From Chloroflexota bacterium (GTDB taxonomy: Bacteria > Chloroflexota > JAHJIN01), in assembly GCA_018823415.1 (NCBI GenBank), contig JAHJIN010000418.1, positions 1 through 32,000 on the forward strand: DNA of 32,000 bases, in the 5' to 3' direction. Shown here piece by piece: positions 15,962-24,380 of the stretch (its first letter is position 1; each line of letters starts with the position of its first letter). Below the pieces are notes generated by a model. That model worked only from the letters and a program-made list of their open reading frames with translations, did no database searches and was not told the origin of the DNA. A program made the translations under genes and the position numbers.

Positions 15962-17887
15962 ATGAGCGAACAAGCCATCGTCGTCTTCAAGCCCAGCGGC
16001 CGCGTCATCGAAGTGCAAGTTGGCACTCTGTTGTCCGATGCGGCCGTGCGTGCCGGTATTGACATCGCCATGCCCTGTGGTGGTCAGGGCCGCTGCGGGC
16101 GTTGCCTGGTTCAGGTCGAATACGGCGAGGTGGCACGCAAGCCCAGCACGCACCTGTCTTCGGCCGACGTGGAAAAAGGCCATGCCTTGGCCTGTCTGAC
16201 CGTCATCAAGGGCAACGTAGTGGTGGTGGTCCCCACCAAAGAAGAGGTAGTGCGCCGCGTATCGGTGGAGGCCAAGGCCGAAAAGATCGCCCTGCCGGTG
16301 GTTTGCGAATGGCAAAGGGAGCCCGGTATCCAAAAGTGCTTTGTGCAGATGGAACCGCCCTCGCTGATGGACAATACCAACGACGCAGACCGGCTCAAAC
16401 GGGCGCTGGCCGTGGAATATGACGTTCGGGACCTGATCGTGGAACTGCCCATGCTCCAGGAACTGGCCCGGACCCTGCGCGAGGCCGACTGGGCCGTGAC
16501 CGCCGTGTTGGAGCGCCAGAACTGGGGACCAGAAGATCTGCCGTCGCGGCTGATCGGGCTGTTGCCCGGCGACTGCACCGCCACCTCGTACGGCCTGGCG
16601 GTGGACATTGGCACCACCACCGTGACCGTGTATCTGACTGACCTGCTCACCACCGAGGTCATGGACATTGCCTCGGCGTACAATGCCCAGATCTCGTGTG
16701 GTGAAGACGTGATCAGCCGTATCGTCTATGCCCAAAAGGGTGACGGCCTCCAGCACCTCCAACGCCTGATCATCAAGACCATCAACGAACTCCTGGCCGA
16801 GCTAGCCTCGCGCAACCGCATCGACCTGCGCGAGATGAACGAGATGGTGGTGGCCGGCAATACGACCATGATCCATCTGTTCCTGGGCCTGGATCCCATG
16901 TACATCCGCGTTGAACCCTATATCCCCACCGTCAACCTGCCGCCGCCGGTGCTCGCCAGCGAACTGGGCATCTCGATCAACCCGCATGCCTCGGTAGACT
17001 GTATCCCCGGCGTGGGGGCGTATGTGGGCGGCGACATCTCGGCCGGGGTGCTGTCCTCGCGCCTGTTCCAGACCGACAAGCTCACCTTGTTCATCGACGT
17101 GGGCACCAACGGCGAGATCGTGCTGGGCAACAATGACTGGCTCATCTGCTGTGCCTGTTCGGCCGGCCCGGCCTTTGAGGGCGCCGGGGTACGCTATGGG
17201 ATGCGTGCCACGGCCGGCGCCATCGAGGACGTGTGGATCAACCGTGAAACCCTGGAGCCCCGTTATCAAACCATCGGCAACTTGCCACCCCGGGGCATCT
17301 GCGGCAGTGGCATGATCGCCTTGCTGGCCGAGATGTTTGTCGCCGGCGTACTGGACAAGCGCGGCAAGGTCCGGCGCGACCTGCCCACCGCCCGGGTGCG
17401 CACGGGCCAGCACGGCGGCGAATACGTCGTCGTCTGGGCCGACGAAACCACCATCGGCAAGGACATTGTGTTGAGCGAGGTGGACGTGGAGAACCTGATC
17501 CGCACCAAGGCGGCCATCTATGCCGGGTTCTCGGTGCTGGTGCGCAACGTGGGCTTGAATTTGGCCGACGTGGAGCAGGTGCTCATTGGCGGATCGTTTG
17601 GACGCTATATCAACGTTGAAAAGGCCATCCAGATTGGCTTGCTGCCTGATATGCCCTGGGATCGGTTCAAATACCTGGGCAACACCTCGGCGTTGGGGGC
17701 GTATACCACGCTCTTGTGCTCCGATATGCGTCGCCAGGTGGTCGAGATCGCCGGCAAGATGACCTATCTGGAGCTGTCGGCCGACAACAGCTTTTACGAA
17801 GAGTTCATGTCAGCCATGTTCTTGCCCCACACCGACGAGGCATCGTTCCCGTCGGTGGCGCTGGCGTTGGAATCCAGGCACGACTAG
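15962..17887 (+). CDS. acsV: Reductive activator of corrinoid proteins (RACo; [2Fe-2S] ferredoxin domain plus ASKHA ATPase domain)
   Basis: N-terminal plant-type ferredoxin motif CGGQGRCGRCLV...ACL. ASKHA-like DIGTTTV and IDVGTNGE motifs. Length 641 aa. Confidence 0.9.
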   Translation: MSEQAIVVFKPSGRVIEVQVGTLLSDAAVRAGIDIAMPCGGQGRCGRCLVQVEYGEVARKPSTHLSSADVEKGHALACLTVIKGNVVVVVPTKEEVVRRVSVEAKAEKIALPVVCEWQREPGIQKCFVQMEPPSLMDNTNDADRLKRALAVEYDVRDLIVELPMLQELARTLREADWAVTAVLERQNWGPEDLPSRLIGLLPGDCTATSYGLAVDIGTTTVTVYLTDLLTTEVMDIASAYNAQISCGEDVISRIVYAQKGDGLQHLQRLIIKTINELLAELASRNRIDLREMNEMVVAGNTTMIHLFLGLDPMYIRVEPYIPTVNLPPPVLASELGISINPHASVDCIPGVGAYVGGDISAGVLSSRLFQTDKLTLFIDVGTNGEIVLGNNDWLICCACSAGPAFEGAGVRYGMRATAGAIEDVWINRETLEPRYQTIGNLPPRGICGSGMIALLAEMFVAGVLDKRGKVRRDLPTARVRTGQHGGEYVVVWADETTIGKDIVLSEVDVENLIRTKAAIYAGFSVLVRNVGLNLADVEQVLIGGSFGRYINVEKAIQIGLLPDMPWDRFKYLGNTSALGAYTTLLCSDMRRQVVEIAGKMTYLELSADNSFYEEFMSAMFLPHTDEASFPSVALALESRHD

Positions 17888-17905
17888 CAACCGGGAGAGA
17901 GCAGA

Positions 17906-18670
17906 TTGACCATCACCATCGCCGTCGCCGGCAAAGGCGGCACCGGTAAAACCACCTTTAGCGGCCTCCTGGTGCGCTATTTGCGCGACCGGGACGCCGG
18001 CAATATCCTGGCTATCGACGCGGACCCGGCCACCAACCTGCACTCAGTGCTGGGCATGCCGGAACCCACCAGCGTGGGCAACATCCGCGAGGAAACGGCC
18101 GAGCAGGTGGGCCGGGGCCAGGGCGTGCCCTCGGGCATGAGCAAGCACGACTATTTTGAGTATCAGGTCAACATGGCCGTGGAAGAAGGCAATGGGTTTG
18201 ACCTCATCGCGATGGGCCGGCCAGAGGGCCGGGGCTGCTACTGCGCCGCCAACAACATGCTGCGCGTCATCATCGACCAGGTCGCCGGGGGCTATGACTA
18301 TGTGGTCATGGATAACGAGGCCGGCCTGGAGCACCTGAGCCGCCGCACCACCCGCGACGTGGACGTGATGCTTATCGTCTCGGACCCGTCGATGCGCGGC
18401 ATCGTCACGGCCGGCCGGGTGCTCGACTTGTCGCACGAACTGAAAAACGTCATCGGCCGCACGTATCTGGTGGTGAACCGGGTGCAAGGCGAACTGCCGC
18501 CGCCCATCGCTGCCAAAGCCGAGGAATTGGGCCTCAAGCTGGCCGGCATCATCCCGGCCGATCCCCTGGTGCCCGAGTTCGACGGCTATGGCCGGCCGCT
18601 CATCGAACTGCCGGCCGAGTCGCCGGCGTGGCAGGCGGCTCGCGAGATTGCCAATCAGGTGTTGAACTAA
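17906..18670 (+). CDS. cooC: CooC/AcsF-type Ni-insertion ATPase for CODH/ACS (TTG start)
   Basis: Deviant Walker A AGKGGTGKTT and CxC metal motif GCYCAANN. GGGAGAGA RBS upstream of TTG 17906. Confidence 0.9.
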   Translation: MTITIAVAGKGGTGKTTFSGLLVRYLRDRDAGNILAIDADPATNLHSVLGMPEPTSVGNIREETAEQVGRGQGVPSGMSKHDYFEYQVNMAVEEGNGFDLIAMGRPEGRGCYCAANNMLRVIIDQVAGGYDYVVMDNEAGLEHLSRRTTRDVDVMLIVSDPSMRGIVTAGRVLDLSHELKNVIGRTYLVVNRVQGELPPPIAAKAEELGLKLAGIIPADPLVPEFDGYGRPLIELPAESPAWQAAREIANQVLN

Positions 18671-18725
18671 ACGTCGGCAGTCGGCGGATCGCCGACACCT
18701 TTCAAATCATGGAGGAGAAAAGCAC

Positions 18726-19655
18726 ATGTATATCATCGGCGAAAACATCCATATCATTTCCAGCAAGGTCAAGGCGGCGGTACTAAAACGCGACGCCCAA
18801 TACCTGCAAGAGCTGGCCAAGGCCCAGGTGGATCACGGGGCCAGCATGTTGGACCTGAACATCGGGCCGCAGAAAAAGCACGGCCACGAACTCATGCCCT
18901 GGCTCATCGACGTGGTCCAGGAGGTGGCGCCGGGCTTTCCTATCAGTCTGGACACCACCAACGCCAACGCCATCGAGGCCGGTCTAAAGCGCTGCCAGGA
19001 ATTGGGCATCGAGGCTCTCATCAACTCGACCACGGCAGACCCGGACCGCATCGCCCTGGCCATGCCCCTGGCTGCCAAGTACAACGCCAAGATCGTGGCC
19101 CTGACCCTGGGCAAGACCGGCATGCCCACCACCGCTGATGCGCGTGTGGAACTGGCGATGCAACTCATCGCCGCCGCCGACGAGTATGGCATCCCCTACG
19201 ATCATTTGTACCTGGACCCGCTGGTGCTGACGGTCAAGGGGACCCAGGAGCACGCGCCCGAGACCCTGAACGCCGTGCGCATGTTCAAGATGCTGGTAGA
19301 GCCGGCGCCCATGAGCACCGTGGGCCTGAGCAACATCTCTAACCAGGTGCCCGAAGAGGGCCGAGGCCTTATCAACCGCACCTTTTTGGTGATGCTCATG
19401 GCCGCCGGTCTGGACACGGCCATCGCGGACCCGATGGACGAAGCGCAGAACGAGTTCATCCGCATCGTCGAAGAGCGCGACGAGTCCACCGGCGTGGGCC
19501 GGCTCCTGGTGGCCCTGTACGACAATGTGATGGCTATGGAGCCGTTCAACCCGGATGTGGTGGACATGGACGATCCCGCGCAGTCGGACATTTACAAGAC
19601 CATTCGGGTGCTGGAGAACCAGGGCATCTTTGCCGACAGCTATTTGCGGCTCTAG
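18726..19655 (+). CDS. acsE: Methyltetrahydrofolate:corrinoid/Fe-S protein methyltransferase (pterin-binding, MeTr)
   Basis: The N-terminus MYIIGENIH...ASMLDLNIGP follows the AcsE/pterin-binding barrel pattern. GGAGGAG RBS. Last gene of the operon. Confidence 0.88.
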   Translation: MYIIGENIHIISSKVKAAVLKRDAQYLQELAKAQVDHGASMLDLNIGPQKKHGHELMPWLIDVVQEVAPGFPISLDTTNANAIEAGLKRCQELGIEALINSTTADPDRIALAMPLAAKYNAKIVALTLGKTGMPTTADARVELAMQLIAAADEYGIPYDHLYLDPLVLTVKGTQEHAPETLNAVRMFKMLVEPAPMSTVGLSNISNQVPEEGRGLINRTFLVMLMAAGLDTAIADPMDEAQNEFIRIVEERDESTGVGRLLVALYDNVMAMEPFNPDVVDMDDPAQSDIYKTIRVLENQGIFADSYLRL

Positions 19656-19678
19656 CCGCCAACACGTCAGACGCAACG

Positions 19679-19710
19679 AGGCCCCGGGGCTGTCCCCGGG
19701 GCCTTTTGTG
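19679..19710. terminator. Rho-independent terminator between convergent acsE and the lipoprotein gene
   Basis: AGGCCCCGGGG - CTGT - CCCCGGGGCCT, followed by TTTGTG. Confidence 0.75.
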
Positions 19711-19735
19711 ATATGCTCACTCGGCAAGTGGTTCG

Positions 19736-20332
19736 CTATTGACCGGTCAGCGTGACGCTGCGTACCAAATGGTCAAAATCGGCCTGATAGTTGGCATCCT
19801 GGAGCGAGATCTGGAGTGCTCGATAGGTCCGGCCGTCCACCGTCCGGTTCAACTCGAAATAGGCGATGGGCATCGAGGTCTGGGTCTGGGCCTGGCCGGG
19901 GGCAATGATTTGCTGATATTCCCAGGTGGTGACATAGCCGGTCACGCCGTTGGCCGTTACCTTGTCGATGCTGATGAGCTTTTCGAACCCCTGGATCTCG
20001 GCCATGGCCGCAATCCGCACATAGTCCTCAAAGGACATGCCGGCGATGGATTGGCCGTTGTACTGTTCGGGGGGTATGGTGGCATCCACGGTAATGAGGA
20101 TGTGCTTGGTGTCGGCCGGAGTGTCCTTGGGGCTAAAGCTGGCCCCGGTGCCTCGATCCGGGAACTCGGAGTACGTCCAGTCCGGGTTATAGTTGACCTG
20201 GTAGCCCATTTTGGTATTGGTGTAGGTGAGCCAACCGGTCCCGCCGGGGCCGGTCTCCTGAATGCCTGGCTGGCACGCGCTGGCAGCCAGCACCAGGACC
20301 GCCACGGTGAGCAACGCAGTGCGCCTGTTCAT
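19736..20332 (-). CDS. Putative lipoprotein of unknown function
   Basis: Start moved to MNRRTALLTVAVLVLAASAC (ATG 20332, GAGGAGG RBS). It has a lipobox-like ASAC. The mature part (WLTYTNTKMGYQVNYNPDW...) is loosely PsbP/DcrB-like by eye. Confidence 0.65.
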   Translation of the reverse strand: MNRRTALLTVAVLVLAASACQPGIQETGPGGTGWLTYTNTKMGYQVNYNPDWTYSEFPDRGTGASFSPKDTPADTKHILITVDATIPPEQYNGQSIAGMSFEDYVRIAAMAEIQGFEKLISIDKVTANGVTGYVTTWEYQQIIAPGQAQTQTSMPIAYFELNRTVDGRTYRALQISLQDANYQADFDHLVRSVTLTGQ

Positions 20333-20396
20333 GAGCAACCTCCTCGTGATGTGTGATGGGCCGGGGCCACCAGTCGCCCGCGCCGAATACACACTC

Positions 20397-20425
20397 AGTA
20401 TAACCGGAAACGCCGACCCCGTCAA
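20397..20425 (-). promoter_or_regulatory. Sigma-70-type promoter for the lipoprotein gene
   Basis: The minus strand reads TTGACG-N17-TATACT. Confidence 0.6.
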
Positions 20426-20442
20426 TAGCAATGCTTCTGGTG

Positions 20443-20466
20443 CGATCCCGGCGAACGTGGTATAAT
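20443..20466 (+). promoter_or_regulatory. Extended -10 promoter for uppP with an upstream CGATCCCG block
   Basis: CGATCCCGGCGAACGTGGTATAAT, with TGnTATAAT at 20458-20466 and a poor -35. Confidence 0.55.
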
Positions 20467-20508
20467 TGGCGCCGACCGCTGCGGTCGAGTCTGGCGTAGG
20501 AGACGAGT

Positions 20509-21327
20509 ATGGACCCGTTGCAAGCTATCATTCTGGGCATTGTGCAAGGCGCCACCGAGTTTTTGCCGGTGAGCAGCTCGGGGCATCTGGTGCTGGTGCC
20601 GTGGGCGCTGGGCTGGGATCCGCCGGGCCTGGCCTTTGATGCGTTCCTGCACCTGGGCACCTTGGTCGCCGTGTTCGCCTATTTCTGGCGCGACCTGATC
20701 GCGCTGGCCGGGGCCGGGCTGCACAGCCTGCGGGATCGTTCGCTGGCCGGCAGCCCGCAGCGCAAGGTGGCCTGGCTTATTGTGTTGGGCACGCTGCCCG
20801 CGGCCCTGGCCGGCCTGCTGTTGGAAGGCTTTTTTGAAGAGTTGTTTGGCAACCCGCTGGCGGTGGGCGTATTTCTGCTGCTCACGGCAGCGTTGCTGAC
20901 CGTTAGCGAGCGCTGGAGCCGCCAGGATCGCCAGGCCGACGAGATGAGCTGGCTGGACGGGCTGCTGGTGGGCGTGGGACAGGCGTGTGCCATCGCGCCG
21001 GGCCTGTCGCGGTCTGGGATCACCATCGCCGCTGGGCTCTGGCGGGGGTTGACGCGCCCGGCGGCGGCGCGCTATTCGTTCTTGTTGTCTGTGCCCATTG
21101 TGCTGGGGGCCGGGTTGCTCCAGGCACGCAAGCTCCTGGGTGGGGTAGACACCAACTGGCTGCTGTTGGCCCTGGGATTTATCTCGGCAGCAGTGACCGG
21201 CTATTTATGCATCCACCTGCTGCTGACGCTGGTGCAGCGGCGGTCGCTGTATGGGTTCGCGGGATATTGCGCCGTGGTGGGCAGCGCGGCACTCGTGCTG
21301 GCGGCCGCGGGCTGGTCGGGGTTCTAG
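20509..21327 (+). CDS. uppP: Undecaprenyl-diphosphate phosphatase
   Basis: Motifs GATEFLPVSSSGHL and PGLSRSGITI. Polytopic membrane protein of 272 aa. Confidence 0.93.
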   Translation: MDPLQAIILGIVQGATEFLPVSSSGHLVLVPWALGWDPPGLAFDAFLHLGTLVAVFAYFWRDLIALAGAGLHSLRDRSLAGSPQRKVAWLIVLGTLPAALAGLLLEGFFEELFGNPLAVGVFLLLTAALLTVSERWSRQDRQADEMSWLDGLLVGVGQACAIAPGLSRSGITIAAGLWRGLTRPAAARYSFLLSVPIVLGAGLLQARKLLGGVDTNWLLLALGFISAAVTGYLCIHLLLTLVQRRSLYGFAGYCAVVGSAALVLAAAGWSGF

Positions 21328-21329
21328 CC

Positions 21330-22142
21330 ATGCGGCGAGTGGTTTTGGTTCTTGGCGCGGCGCTGCTGCTGGCGGCTTGTGGGCCGGCGGCGCCCCCCCC
21401 CACGGCAGCACCGGTCTATCTGACGCTGGCCGGGCCGGCCGACCTGGAGCCGGTGGGCCAGGCGCTGGCCCGGGGCTACATGGCCCTGCGGCCCTATGCC
21501 ACGGTGACGTACCAGGCCGGCGATTGGGAATCTGGCCTCCGGGCCGTGGCTCAGCGCGAGGCCCAGGTGGGGCTGTGGACCGGGATGGCGACCAATGGTG
21601 TGGTGGATCTGGGTGCCGACTTGACCACCACGCTCGTGGCGCGCGACGCGGTGGCGGTGGTGGTGGCGCCGCACAACCCGGTGGTGAGCCTGCGCCTGTT
21701 GGACATGCAAACCATGTTTGCGGGTCGCATTTCCAACTGGCAGGTCGTGGGGGGCGATGATCGGCCGGTGCAGGTGCTATGTTGGTATGACGGGGCGCGC
21801 CTGCGGGGGTTTTTCGATGGCCTGGTGATGCGTGGTCGGCCGGTCACGCCCACGGCCCTGGTGGTGTCCAGTGACGCCGGCGTGGAGGGCCTCATCGCCG
21901 AGCGGCCCAACGCCATTGGCTACATGCGCTGGCAGGCGTTGTCGCCCCAGGTGCGGGCATTGGCCGTTGATGGAGTGCAGCCTGATTCTGCCCAAGTGGG
22001 CAGCGGGCGCTATCCGCTCTCGCTCCCGGTGATGCTGGTGACGGCGACGCGGCCCAACGCCGACGTGCGCGACCTGGTGCGTTTCGTGCAATCGCCGGAG
22101 GGGCAGGCCATCATGGCTCGCTGGTTCGCGCCGCTGCCGTGA
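21330..22142 (+). CDS. PstS-like periplasmic-binding-fold lipoprotein (phosphate-binding motifs not conserved)
   Basis: Start at MRRVVLVLGAALLLAAC (ATG 21330, 2 nt after the uppP stop), with lipobox LAAC. It shows the PBP_like_2 pattern (MFAGRISNWQVVGG, AIGYM, SGRYPLSLPV). The track ORF from 20985 is an out-of-context extension over uppP. Confidence 0.7.
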   Translation: MRRVVLVLGAALLLAACGPAAPPPTAAPVYLTLAGPADLEPVGQALARGYMALRPYATVTYQAGDWESGLRAVAQREAQVGLWTGMATNGVVDLGADLTTTLVARDAVAVVVAPHNPVVSLRLLDMQTMFAGRISNWQVVGGDDRPVQVLCWYDGARLRGFFDGLVMRGRPVTPTALVVSSDAGVEGLIAERPNAIGYMRWQALSPQVRALAVDGVQPDSAQVGSGRYPLSLPVMLVTATRPNADVRDLVRFVQSPEGQAIMARWFAPLP

Positions 22143-22144
22143 TC

Positions 22145-23194
22145 CTAGGCTTCGCGGCCGACCAGCGTGAGAGCCAGGTTACGCAGCCAGTCCAGGGCCG
22201 GCTCGCGCCCTCCCGCATCATCCAACGCGGCCAGGGCTTGCCGGTGATGGTCGCGCACCAATGCCTCGGCCCGGGCGCGGGCTTCCAGCTCGTTCAAGAT
22301 GTCCAGGATGCGGTCTACAACAGCGTCATCCGGGGCCTCGTCCTGCTGATAAAAAGCCATCAAGTCGTGCTGGGCTGGGCCGGTGGCGCTTTCTAGCGCA
22401 TAGAGCACCGGCCAGCTCTTTTTTCGGCGCCGCAGGTCGTTGGCGGCTGGTTTGCCGGTCACAACCGGGTCGCCCCAGATGCCTAGCACGTCGTCCTGGA
22501 TCTGAAAGGCCAGCCCCAGCTTTTGACCAAAGCTACGATACAGTCGGGCCGCTGCCGGGCCGTCAGTGCCCAGCAGGGCGCCCATCTCCAGGGCCGTGGC
22601 AAAGAGGCTGGCCGTTTTACCCTGGACCATGTAGACGTAATCGGCCACGGTGACATCGGTGCGCCTCTCGAACTGCATGTCCAGGTATTGTCCGTGGCAG
22701 AGGGTCACGCAAGCCGCTTCAAAGCGCTGCCCCAGGATGAGTGTAAGGTCGGCGGGCACGTCGGGAGCGAGCTGCTGGAGGGCCTGGTGGGCCAGGCTCA
22801 ACATACCATCGCCGGCGTTGATGGCCTGGGGCATGCCCCATACTTTCCAGACTGTGGGCCGGTGCCGGCGAGCCTCGTCGCCATCCTCAATGTCGTCATG
22901 GATCAGTGAGAAATTGTGTACCAGCTCGATGGCTACGGCCGCCGGCAGGGCTTGGCGCCACGTGTCTTGCCCCCCGGCTGACTGGCAGGCCAGCAGGCAC
23001 AACAGCGGGCGCAGGCGTTTGCCCGGGGGCGATTGCACCGGGTGGCCCTGGGCATCCACCCAGCCCATGTGATAGCGCATCATGTCATAGTATTCGGCCA
23101 AGGCCGGGTTGGGGCATTGGAGTGCACTGCGCAGGCCCGCTTCGATGGCTTCGCGATAGGGTGTGAGGGCCTCCGCCCAATTCTTGGCGCTCAT
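22145..23194 (-). CDS. Polyprenyl diphosphate synthase (GGPP/FPP synthase family)
   Basis: FARM motif LIHDDIEDGD and second Asp-rich motif FQIQDDVLG. Start at MSAKNW (ATG 23194), forming an ATGA overlap with the fni stop. The 164-aa Arg/Gly/His-rich extension in the track is rejected. Confidence 0.88.
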   Translation of the reverse strand: MSAKNWAEALTPYREAIEAGLRSALQCPNPALAEYYDMMRYHMGWVDAQGHPVQSPPGKRLRPLLCLLACQSAGGQDTWRQALPAAVAIELVHNFSLIHDDIEDGDEARRHRPTVWKVWGMPQAINAGDGMLSLAHQALQQLAPDVPADLTLILGQRFEAACVTLCHGQYLDMQFERRTDVTVADYVYMVQGKTASLFATALEMGALLGTDGPAAARLYRSFGQKLGLAFQIQDDVLGIWGDPVVTGKPAANDLRRRKKSWPVLYALESATGPAQHDLMAFYQQDEAPDDAVVDRILDILNELEARARAEALVRDHHRQALAALDDAGGREPALDWLRNLALTLVGREA

Positions 23195-24219
23195 ACAGGT
23201 CCTCCGCTGGGTTGCAGGGGTGTGCGACGCAGATCGGTCATGGTGCGCGCGCCCACGCAAAACATGGCGACGCGCAGCTCGGTGACGAGTTGGTGCAGTC
23301 GCAGGCACACGGCCTGGCCCGATACGGTGGCCGGGCGCAACAAGGGCGCAGCCAGCCCTGCGATGTCGGCGCCCAGGGCGACGGCCTTGGCGACGTGGAT
23401 GCCCGTGCGCACGCCGCCGCTGCCCACGATCTGCGCGTGGGGCGCGCCTCGCCGGGCCAGTTGGATGCTGATGGCGGTGGGGATGCCCCAGTTGGCAAAG
23501 GCTTCGGCCACCCGGCGCATGGTTTCGCTCTCGGCGCGGTGTTTTTCCACCTCGCTCCAGGACGTGCCCCCGGCGCCGGCCACTTCTAACCCGGCCACAC
23601 CCACCTCGACCAGTTGCCGGGCCACCTCTTCCGACAGTCCCCAGCCCACTTCTTTGGCCAGTACCGGCACCGGCAAGGCCCGGCATACCGCTTCGATGCG
23701 GGCCAGCAGCCCACTAAAATCCGTGTTGCCGTTGCCCTGGAGCGATTCCTGGAGGGGATTCAGGTGCAGCACCAGCGCGTTGGCCTGGATCATGTCCACG
23801 GCGCGCTGGCACTCGGCCACGCCATAGCCGTGCTTGAGCTGAATAGCGCCCAGGTTGGCGGCCAAAAAGATGTCTGGCGCCACCTGGCGCACTTGGTAGG
23901 TGTTGATTAGGTCCGGGTCTTCGATGGCGGCGCGCTGGCTGCCCACGCCCAGGCCCAGGCCCAATTCCTGTGCCGCTTCGGCCAGGTGGCAGTTGATGGC
24001 CTGAGCCGCCGAGGTCCCCCCGGTCATGGCGGAGAGCAGGATGGGCGCGCGAAAGGGGTGCCCTAGAAACGTGGTCGCCGTATCGACGGCAGCCAGGTCG
24101 AATTCGGGGAGGGCCCGGTGGGTAAACCGATAGTCGTCGAAACCGGCCCCCAGCCCCGGCGATTCGACGTTCTCTTCCAGACAAATTCGCAGGTGTTCGA
24201 GTTTACGTTGGCTATGCAT
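23191..24219 (-). CDS. fni: Type 2 isopentenyl-diphosphate delta-isomerase (FMN-dependent)
   Basis: RKLEHLRICL, FRAPILLSAMTGG and GLEVAGAGGTSW motifs. Length 342 aa. Confidence 0.93.
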   Translation of the reverse strand: MHSQRKLEHLRICLEENVESPGLGAGFDDYRFTHRALPEFDLAAVDTATTFLGHPFRAPILLSAMTGGTSAAQAINCHLAEAAQELGLGLGVGSQRAAIEDPDLINTYQVRQVAPDIFLAANLGAIQLKHGYGVAECQRAVDMIQANALVLHLNPLQESLQGNGNTDFSGLLARIEAVCRALPVPVLAKEVGWGLSEEVARQLVEVGVAGLEVAGAGGTSWSEVEKHRAESETMRRVAEAFANWGIPTAISIQLARRGAPHAQIVGSGGVRTGIHVAKAVALGADIAGLAAPLLRPATVSGQAVCLRLHQLVTELRVAMFCVGARTMTDLRRTPLQPSGGPV

Positions 24220-24226
24220 GGGGCTT

Positions 24227-24250
24227 ATTATACCACAAATGGCGGGATCG
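24227..24250 (-). promoter_or_regulatory. Extended -10 promoter for fni with geometry implying a leaderless transcript
   Basis: The minus strand reads CGATCCCGCCATTTGTGGTATAAT, then 7 nt (AAGCCCC), then ATG. There is no Shine-Dalgarno sequence. Confidence 0.55.
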
Positions 24251-24283
24251 AGGTAGGCCGGCCGGAGGGTGCGCGGTGGCGTA

Positions 24284-24312
24284 TTGCGCTTGCTGGCCGG
24301 ATATGTTAGAAT
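24284..24312 (+). promoter_or_regulatory. Sigma-70-type promoter (extended -10) for the aminotransferase-serA-DUF1015 operon
   Basis: TTGCGC - N17 - TAGAAT, preceded by TGT. Confidence 0.6.
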
Positions 24313-24380
24313 AGGCCCGGCAACGATGGGGTTGCCAGCCCGTGGTTAACCCACACCAATATCCAAGGAAGGAGTGTACC

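Noticed and set aside
20985-21329. Extension of the PstS-like ORF across uppP in another frame.
   Set aside because: It overlaps the well-supported uppP coding frame. The lipoprotein signal peptide begins at 21330.
22140-22147. Convergent PstS-like and polyprenyl synthase genes with stop codons only 2 nt apart and no terminator between them.
   Set aside because: This is noted as an oddity. Abutting convergent genes are common in compact genomes, and nothing further can be inferred from the sequence.
23195-23686. 164-aa Arg/Gly/His-rich extension of the polyprenyl synthase ORF.
   Set aside because: It overlaps the fni coding sequence. ATG 23194 gives the normal family length and an ATGA coupling with the fni stop.
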